Part shown: positions 55,313-64,000 of the stretch, piece by piece
Layout of the letters: every line of letters starts with the position of its first letter
How positions within the stretch are numbered: position 1 is the first letter of the stretch
Origin: Chlorokybus atmophyticus
Lineage: Eukaryota > Plantae > Mesostigma and Chlorokybus algae
Direction of reading: 5' to 3'
DNA length: 64,000 nt
Assembly (NCBI GenBank): GCA_009103225.1
Contig: RHPI01000560.1
Span: 417,465 to 481,464, forward strand
The notes under the pieces: model-generated
What the model was told of the DNA's origin: nothing
Database searches by the model: none
What the model saw: the letters and a program-made list of their open reading frames with translations, nothing else
Position numbers and translations under genes: made by a program

Positions 55313-56771
55313 TCACTCCATCATCGCCTTACACTTCATTATGGAACAAAGCACCACGCGCTGGGGAATGTAGAGGAGACGCCGGAGCTTGCTCTTCCTC
55401 CTCCTCAAACGGTTGCGCCAGCCAATCAAATGCCGCTTTCGCCTCAACGAGCGGGTCACGAGATGCTGTCTCTTGCCGGCCGGCGCCGATTGAGATCTCT
55501 CAGGTATTTGATACAAGATGCAGTGCGGCGTTTTACAAGGGTGAATGGCTGGAGGGCTGCGTACCGTTGCCTCATCTTTTGCTTCATTGACATGATCATG
55601 GTGTTGATTTCGCCGATGTACTCTTCATGTGTGTCGATGCTGCCAGCTAAGAGAGGGTTTCCATCCTTGCCCTTTATAATGCGCTCCACCTGCGTAGTTT
55701 ACATGCATGTATTTGTGGCATTGAAAGCCACTAGTCACTGCAGCCCGTTTGCAAGCCTGTAGTTTGGGGCTGCAGCATTCCTAGATTGCAGGCATTTAGT
55801 TCAGAGTGCTCACGGTAAGCAACAGGTATGCGAGGTGGTTGACTGTCAACTGCCGGCGACCAGGTATATTGACGGCGTAAGACCAGCATTGCACGATCAT
55901 TTGCCAGATTATGATATTGCCCTATTCATGGATGTATCTCCTGTGCTCCGGGTTTGCATTGTCGGTCACCTCAAATTTCCGCCATGACTAGTCTGCGAGA
56001 GTCATACCAACAAGGCAGTATTACAATATTACGATAGATAGTTCCAGTTGAGCCTGCGCTATGCTAGAATAGTGCCTATCACTGACTTTTGAACGCGTTG
56101 CGCATGTGGGCTTTTAAGGTCGCGGGGCCCATTGAAGCGTCTATGTCCCTGATTGAATTGGTACAATAGGCGAGATGCGTACGTGTGTATGGAGGCTGAG
56201 TAAGAAGGCAGTGTTTCATAGCAGACATGGTGAGGGACCCAACTCACTTGCGCTTGTAGCTGTTAAACAGTGTCTACTTGTACTCCTTCTCAAGAACATG
56301 ATTGATCTTGGTGACGTTCTCAGACCGGACCTGCTTAGCTTTCTTCAAGGCGATACCCCAGTGGAAGGGGCACTCCTTGGGCGTTGAGTACACCTCATAG
56401 AACTTGGCCGCATCGGCCTTGTCGTCATGGTCGAAGCCAACTACCTGTCACGGGCAGGTTGGTCAGTGTCACGGTGCGGTGAGGTTATGAAGCATTCACA
56501 GCACCTGGCACATGACGATACCAATAGCGTCCTCCTTGGGATAAACGTGGCTCTCTACCCAGTGGCCGTTTATAATTTCAATTACGGCATAGGCATCTCG
56601 CATATGCTGTTTACAGAATTATCCGTTACACACAGTGTCATAGTGTCACAGTGTCACACAGTGCTTACCTTGTTGCCAATCTTCCACTTGCTCGGGGAAG
56701 GGTTGCTGACGGCCGAGGTTGCTACGTCACGGCCACACGGGCGTTTGGGTTTGGGGTTTCAATCGACCCTC
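55313..56771 (-). pseudogene. Decayed spliced gene of unknown product
   Basis: Successive phase-0 GT-AG exons (...PSKWKIGNK|HMRDAYAVIEIING...VMCQ|VVGFDHDDK...KKAKQ|; later ...YLLLT|VERIIKGKDG...), interrupted by in-frame stops and frameshifts. Confidence 0.5.
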
Positions 56772-57934
56772 TGCAAGCACAACCATGTGAATCATGCTGC
56801 TAGTCATGAAAGATGCAACCCTTACAATTGAGCAAGAAGCAACGTGCATAGTGTATCCAGAACGCGTGCAGCGAGTGACTGCGCCAGTCATGAAAAAAGA
56901 AAGCATCAAAGTTTGAAGTTGAGCAGGAAGCAACGTGCATAATGCATCATGAACGCATGCATTCTAGCCTGACCTTGCGACTGCGGTGTCAGGTGGAGTT
57001 GTTGTGATGGGCCGCGCTAGTTAGCGCGGGGTCCTGCTGCGATTGGTTGGTCAAGAGTGGCTGCTGCTGGTTGGCGACGGTTGCTTGGTTGAACAGGGGG
57101 GGCAATGTGGACTTGGGGCGCCGACCTCCACGATGAGGTGCACCTACAGATAAACCACGAGGCATCTCTCTAATAGTCGCATGCCGACTTAGCTGATGGT
57201 GGCGCTGCCGCCGCTAATTGGCCCGCTCAAATGTACAAGGCGCGAAAACGCAAATGAGGCGGTTTTGAACGTCTAATGTCCCGCACTAGAGTCGCACTTG
57301 CAGTGCGTCCTTATCTCCTATGGTTGATGGTACGACTTATGGATTCATCCATGCTTCGTACAACTAAGGCTAACATTGGCGTAGGCGCAATATTTGAGGT
57401 ACGACAGAGGCATCTCTCGTCCAACCCCAGCCATTGTCGTACAATGGTGTGGTACGACAGAGGCATTGCTCGACTAGCCCTATTGGGAGTTAGCGTGCAC
57501 ATATCCAAACAGCTTCATCGATGGCCGGATGATGGCACGCAGGGGCATCAGGTCAATGATGGGGCGAATGTTAGGCATAGTGGACCTGGGTTCACTGAGA
57601 AGGCGGAGGACCAGGAGGAGTTGGAGGAGGCGGCGGCGGCGGCGGCGGCGTGGCAAATTATGCGAGAAGTTGTGGTCGTAAGAGTTCAAGCAGCGAAGCC
57701 AGCAATTACCAGGCGCCACATCATGGATCATCGCAGGCGCCAGCATGGGCTATACAACATGCATTACCAACATTGGACAAACCAGCAAGCAAGCCATCAA
57801 GGACCATCTTCTCACAGAGAGGTGCTTCGTGGCTTGCTGTCTGCAACAAGAAGTGGATTATAAGCTGCGGTCCTTGGAGCCCCTTATAAAAACCATGCAG
57901 GACCCATTGCGATAGTGGGAACAAACACAAAGGA

Positions 57935-60900
57935 ATGCAAAAGTACGCTCAACAGGCACATGCATCTCCTTGTAAGAGCAATTTGTTTTTTGGCGCAGTA
58001 CACATGCTACATGTAGTGTGGCTGCTGGCCTCCACTATTCACCCATACCCACCCCACAGTCAAGCCGACATTGCGGAAGCCAGAGCAGATGAACAGAGCT
58101 GGGCGGCGGTATGTCGTTCAATCTCGATGTGCATGTTGAATGCATGCACCTCCGACGCATGCCTACCATTGCATGCTAGGATGTGCGTAAGCATGCAAAG
58201 TCGCGCGCGCGTGCCGAACGAAGTAGGCTGGGTTTGAGCACAAGAGCGCGTGGCCATTCGTCCGGCATTTAACCGGTAGTGCATCAACCAGCAATGACGC
58301 AGTCCATGCAATCATTCGTACATTAACCAGCGATCTTGCAGGTGATTGTTCAAAGCAACCAACTGATGACTGTGTGACGCAGTTGACTATTGCAATTGCA
58401 GTGTCGCAAGCATGCAGCTAACCCATATGATTGGTTAATAGCACCATAGTGCACTAGGTCCTGTTGGAGCTCTCGTGCAAGCCTGGATTCAATCCTTTCA
58501 ACTGGGCCTTCAATCCCACTTGCTGATGGGCGCTGCAGCAATGCGGCATCGGTTTAACATGCATGTTGGCCTGTTAAATCCCGACATGTCCATTGGGGCG
58601 GTGGCGCATCTTGTGCCCATGGCTCACGAGCTCCGTGACGAGACTGCAATTGAGGGTGGTGGGGAGAGTGCACCCAACACCTTGTCAGCCCCCATGGCTT
58701 CCCCTGCTCCATGCAGCCCACGGGCCATTAAGGTAAGTCGCTATCTTTTATGCTGGTGCCTTGGTAACAATGCGTCAGGCACATGCATATGCTCATATTC
58801 ATCTTTTGCAACATTATGAGGCATCTTATCCTGGGTCCTGTATACAACCCCCCTTGCTGCATGCACAAGTGGTCTCACCTGCCGCACCTGCTCCTCTCGC
58901 AGCTAGAGCGCATCCACCTTCCGCGGCACCAGGCCTTCATGCACTGCCATCTCCTCCACGAGCAGCATCGGTGACTGGAGGGCAATAATCCTTCTTGCCG
59001 CAACCGGCGAGACTACAGCACAATACAACCACTGATGTGGCTTCTGCCTTTACCTTACCCCACCCGCTGCAAGTTGAAGCCGGCAATTTGCCCTGGCTCA
59101 AGTACTATATCAGTCACTGTGACTCTTGCCGTCGACAGTTGGACACAATATTTGAGTGATGTCTGCGCATGCAGCAGAGGTCACCACCTGCCAGCGAGTC
59201 ATCAGAGGAGCTGGCCGCAACCCGCGTACAGCCATCAGTCATGCTAGGTGGCCAGGTCGCCTCATGGGACCACTTCAATGCGCCAACGGATGGTACTTGC
59301 TTTACCATTGCATGTTTCGCGCTAGGGCACCCATAGCACAAAGTGTCCTGAATGATCACAAGCGCCCCAGCTTGAGCAGATTATGGGCCATGCTGGACAC
59401 CATGGACGACAATGGCAGGGGGGACACTCTTCGCAAAATCATCGCCAAGGCCGTTGATGCAGGCGTGCGAGCAGAATCTTGGACTTCAGCAGAGCCACTG
59501 GTGCTGCGGGACAGATGGCGCAGTATTTTAGCAAACTGCCTGCGACTGTGTTGGCTAATGTTACATGCAACACTGACATAGCCACGACCAACGTTCGACA
59601 GATTGTGCGGAGAAAAGATGTGTACGTGGAGCACCTGCAGATGACCATGTTTGCCAACAAGCTGGGCTTGTTGATTGCCTGTGTGACCGTTTAGCGCAAG
59701 CATGGTGGGTGGGTGCCACGGCCCGGCAGCGGCAGTTGGGTTGGAAATACAAAAGCCCCCAACTCAATCCTGGTGGTGGGCAACATTGCTTCTGATGAGC
59801 CAGAAGCACACTTTTTGCTCCTCAAGCCTGCAAGCACCGAGCAATGCTCGTGGCCTATGCAAAAGTACGCTCAACAGGCACATGCATCTCCTTGTAAGAG
59901 CAATTTGTTTTTTGGCGCAGTACACATGCTACATGTAGTGTGGCTGCTGGCCTCCACTATTCACCCATACCCACCCCACAGTCAAGCCGACATTGCGGAA
60001 GCCAGAGCAGATGAACAGAGCTGGGCGGCGGTAGTTCGTTCAATCTCGATGTGCATGTTGAATGCATGCACCTCCGACGCATGCCTACCATTGCATGCTA
60101 GGATGTGCGTAAGCATGCAAAGTCGCGCGCGCGTGCCGAACGAAGTAGGCTGGGTTTGAGCACAAGAGCGCGTGGCCATTCGTCCGGCATTTAACCGGTA
60201 GTGCATCAACCAGCAATGACGCAGTCCATGCAATCATTCGTACATTAACCAGCGATCTTGCAGGTGATTGTTCAAAGCAACCAACTGATGACTGTGTGAC
60301 GCAGTTGACTATTGCAATTGCAGTGTCGCAAGCATGCAGCTAACCCATATGATTGGTTAATAGCACCATAGTGCACTAGGTCCTGTTGGAGCTCTCGTGC
60401 AAGCCTGGATTCAATCCTTTCAACTGGGCCTTCAATCCCACTTGCTGATGGGCGCTGCAGCAATGCGGCATCGGTTTAACATGCATGTTGGCCTGTTAAA
60501 TCCCGACATGTCCATTGGGGCGGTGGCGCATCTTGTGCCCATGGCTCACGAGCTCCGTGACGAGACTGCAATTGAGGGTGGTGGGGAGAGTGCACCCAAC
60601 ACCTTGTCAGCCCCCATGGCTTCCCCTGCTCCATGCAGCCCACGGGCCATTAAGGTAAGTCGCTATCTTTTATGCTGGTGCCTTGGTAACAATGCGTCAG
60701 GCACATGCATATGCTCATATTCATCTTTTGCAACATTATGAGGCATCTTATCCTGGGTCCTGTATACAACCCCCCTTGCTGCATGCACAAGTGGTCTCAC
60801 CTGCCGCACCTGCTCCTCTCGCAGCTAGAGCGCATCCACCTTCCGCGGCACCAGGCCTTCATGCACTGCCATCTCCTCCACGAGCAGCATCGGTGACTGG

Positions 60901-61783
60901 AGGGCAATAATCCTTCTTGCCGCAACCGGCGAGACTACAGCACAATACAACCACTGATGTGGCTTCTGCCTTTACCTTACCCCACCCGCTGCAAGTTGAA
61001 GCCGGCAATTTGCCCTGGCTCAAGTACTATATCAGTCACTGTGACTCTTGCCGTCGACAGTTGGACACAATATTTGAGTGATGTCTGCGCATGCAGCAGA
61101 GGTCACCACCTGCCAGCGAGTCATCAGAGGAGCTGGCCGCAACCCGCGTACAGCCATCAGTCATGCTAGGTGGCCAGGTCGCCTCATGGGACCACTTCAA
61201 TGCGCCAACGGATGGTACTTGCTTTACCATTGCATGTTTCGCGCTAGGGCACCCATAGCACAAAGTGTCCTGAATGATCACAAGCGCCCCAGCTTGAGCA
61301 GATTATGGGCCATGCTGGACACCATGGACGACAATGGCAGGGGGGACACTCTTCGCAAAATCATCGCCAAGGCCGTTGATGCAGGCGTGCGAGCAGAATC
61401 TTGGACTTCAGCAGAGCCACTGGTGCTGCGGGACAGATGGCGCAGTATTTTAGCAAACTGCCTGCGACTGTGTTGGCTAATGTTACATGCAACACTGACA
61501 TAGCCACGACCAACGTTCGACAGATTGTGCGGAGAAAAGATGTGTACGTGGAGCACCTGCAGATGACCATGTTTGCCAACAAGCTGGGCTTGTTGATTGC
61601 CTGTGTGACCGTTTAGCGCAAGCATGGTGGGTGGGTGCCACGGCCCGGCAGCGGCAGTTGGGTTGGAAATACAAAAGCCCCCAACTCAATCCTGGTGGTG
61701 GGCAACATTGCTTCTGATGAGCCAGAAGCACACTTTTTGCTCCTCAAGCCTGCAAGCACCGAGCAATGCTCGTGGCCTATGCA
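57935..61783 (+). repeat. Near-perfect 1,922-bp tandem duplication
   Basis: All ORFs repeat with offset 1922; ATGCA at 57935, 59857 and 61779 marks the junctions; the only difference I found is TG vs GT at 58112-58113 / 60034-60035. Confidence 0.97.
59170..59856 (+). pseudogene. OTU-like cysteine protease relic, copy 1 (3'-truncated by the duplication)
   Basis: FNAPTDGTCFTIACFALG (D 59289, C 59298), LRKIIAKAV, YVEHLQMTMFANKLGLLIACV, EAHFLLLKP (H 59809); one frameshift and TAG at 59692. Confidence 0.6.
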
Positions 61784-61871
61784 TGAAGTGCCACTGGAGG
61801 TAACAGATCTGATTGGAGAGTGGCGGAATGGCGTTGCCAATCCCCCGCTACCACCGGCTGCTCCCCCATAG
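61092..61871 (+). pseudogene. OTU-like cysteine protease relic, copy 2 (reaches the natural stop)
   Basis: Same motifs at +1922; continues ...WPMHEVPLEV...PPAAPP* to 61871. Confidence 0.6.
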
Positions 61872-62159
61872 TGCTGTGCCAACGCCTCAGGCCTCGCCTT
61901 CGTGTGCTAGGCAAGAAGTAGCCGACTGTTCTGCACATCCTGCTTCCCCTCAACCACAGCCACATGCTCGCAATAACACAATTCAGCACCCTCCCTTCCG
62001 CGAAAACTCACTGGCCACCGCACTCTGACCATCCGGAGGCATCTCTATCAAGAAGCAGCGGTAGCTTGCCCTCTCCGTCTAAGCTTGCCACATTGATCCC
62101 AGCTTGTCTTCTTGGTAAAGAGATTGATCGAGGTGTCATAAGATTTGCGCTAAACGACA

Positions 62160-63118
62160 ATGCTCGACCTCATGGGGCAACATGCAGCCGTAGAGGAGCG
62201 GGAGGCAACCAACAAGCGCAAGGCTGTGGAGCAAGAGAATAACGCCTTACCTCCTCTGAGTAACAGCCCCACAAAGTGCGCCTGCCAGAATGTGCAGGCC
62301 AACCACAAAAAAAAAAAAGAAGAAGATTGTTGGAGTAAGGGACGCTAACAAGACCACAAAAGCAAAGGTGAGGCATTGTTAAAATGTAGTTAGAAGAAGC
62401 ACAGCGCCTTAAAGCCTCGCTGGGGCTGACTGTGTGTCCTAAGTATGCACAAGCGGGTTTACAGCGTCATGTAGCTGCTCAGCATCGTCCATAGAGACAG
62501 CCGGTGCGGCATGAGCTGCCTAAGCTCAAACCACCGATGTGCAGACGCTTCAGAGGGCTGACTCGTTGTGCAAAAGAGTTAAACGCCCTGAAACCCAAAC
62601 ATAACATGGCCATCCGCAATATGTTGTTGCCCCTTGCCGTCCTCGATGTGATGATGTTGTTGCTGCCGCAGCAACCCGGCAATGTGCAAGAGCTATCCGC
62701 GGAGTAGAACTTCGACTTGCTGCAAAAGATGTACCTGTTGATGTCAACTGATACGGGTCGAGATGTGTGCCACTACCTAAGCAGATATATTGGGTGGCAA
62801 GTAAAACCATTCGAGCTGTACTTGGCATGCTTTGGCTGGCAGTGGCTGTATGTCATACGGCACATCGAGCTGATTCCGTGGAAGCTCGACGAAGATGACA
62901 ATGCGGGGGAGTACACGAGTGATGACAGCCATGTTGAGGGCTTGGATGAACGCATGCTGAACGGGACCACCAAGACCAGCAGGTGTATGGCGTCAGATGG
63001 GCGTCAGGTGATCGAGCAGGCAGTGGAGCGTTATGCTACGCCATTTAGATGGGAGTCGCTGCGCTTGCAACGCGATAACAGGGGCAGCTTGCACACCCGC
63101 GTGCACCATGCGTGCTAA
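62160..63118 (+). pseudogene. Decayed spliced gene with a C2H2-like motif, product unknown
   Basis: GT-AG intron about 62369-62405; CPKYAQAGLQRHVAAQH then one frame through two stops: PKLKPPMCRRFRGLT...LLPLAVLDV...AE*NFDLLQK...WKLDEDD...QVIEQAVERYA. Confidence 0.4.
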
Positions 63119-63139
63119 ATTGTCGCATTGAAGAGCCCC

Positions 63140-64000
63140 CCCNAAGAAATCTACTAACCTTGTGGGTGCCTTAAAGTGCTTAATCCGTAGAGACACCTTG
63201 CATGCATTTGGCCTATGCACATCTGCTTGTGAGCACGTGTCGTTGGCTTTTGTGTTCAACACAAGAGCAACACTAAAGACGTGCCTGGCTTGCAGAATCT
63301 GTTTCGTGGATGGACGCATGCGTTCGTTCGCATTGTCGTAGATAGCAGCAAGCAGGTGGTCAATGATGCCTCCCAGCACATGCATTGCGTCAGGCGCGAA
63401 GGCGAGAGTAGCAGTCAGCTCCCGGCACCCGCAACTGTTGCCAACCCCACTGTGCATTCTGTTGCCAAACCACATTGCCTAGTTACACGGAAAGCCATCT
63501 ATCTTCACAAATGCCGGTAATTTGTGACCATTACCTCCTCGACATGCATGGAGTGCCGCTTTTTAAAAGCCTTGGCTGTCTGGCGTGCATTCGTAACACC
63601 GTTATGCAAGTCCGCCCGCAGTTGTCATATTGCTGGTGTGTAAAACGCCTTGGTTCTCTATTCCGCGTCCTCATCCATCTCCAACAGATCTGATTTGGTG
63701 ACGAGACAATCATTGCAAAGGTGTCGTGTATGGTTGCCCGACATAGTGCAAGTGTGGCAGTCTCCTGCAACACGACAAACTCAGACGCTCCACTAACAAC
63801 ATCCTCCATGATCAGTTTGCCGGCAGGCTGCATCCGATTACAACCATGCATGCCCATTACCTGCAAGTAGCTGATGTAGTTGGCAAGTGCGGAAAACACA
63901 CCATGTTCGACGCCATTCGGGTCAATGAGCTGCAGACCTTCCCAGCTAGCCCGCTTCACATCCCTAACACTACATGCAAAGTGTCATGAAAACTCTCACA
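63140..64000 (-). mobile_element. Decayed Plavaka-type transposase fragment, runs off the window end
   Basis: ESFHDTLHVVL(frameshift)DVKRASWEGLQLIDPNGVEHGVFSALANYISYLQ, then FAPDAMHVLGGIIDHLL and LRIKHF, in the order and spacing of the recalled Plavaka pattern FH.CL..IL..L..A...GV....PDG....P.LA.YI.D.PE / PD.LH...G...DHL / LRHF. Confidence 0.7.

Noticed and set aside
57276-57863. 195-aa ORF as the intact start of the OTU-bearing gene
   Set aside because: Three frames each look partly coding, so the true frame cannot be fixed; includes a GGC run and a short repeat (ggtacgacagaggcat x2).
58364-58390. Hammerhead-like CTGATGA + stem (also 36052 and the duplicate at 60286)
   Set aside because: The required GAAA after stem II is missing and no consistent stems I/III were found.

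Overview
Eukaryotic, intron-rich (mostly 50-150 nt GT-AG introns), roughly 50% GC nuclear DNA of a green-lineage organism. TOPLESS, EMSY-LIKE, NSI/GNAT2 and AT74-type genes plus telo-box promoters point to a streptophyte, probably an early-diverging streptophyte alga (inference, not determined). Bases 1-50,000 hold nine spliced host genes, six of them in three head-to-head pairs: EML(-)/UBP(+), MO25(-)/NSI(+), acetylornithine aminotransferase(+), an F-box-like/XPA-C-like gene(-)/LACS(+), an AT74-like histidine phosphatase(-) and TOPLESS(-). Between them lie a dispersed repeat family, fold-backs, microsatellites and a 341-N gap. Bases 51,000-64,000 are a transposon graveyard: a decayed Penelope-like retroelement, a CACTACAAG motif followed by 53-bp repeats, several decayed spliced genes (one OTU-protease-like, inside a near-perfect 1,922-bp tandem duplication) and a decayed Plavaka-type transposase cut by the window end. 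Best leads: a ~125-aa Arg-Asp/Arg-Glu tract inside TOPLESS, an XPA-C-like fold in an F-box-like protein, a possible large cargo-carrying Plavaka/CACTA-like element, and a 50-bp near-perfect hairpin. All family calls come from recalled motifs; no database search was run. No tRNA, rRNA or CRISPR array was recognised.
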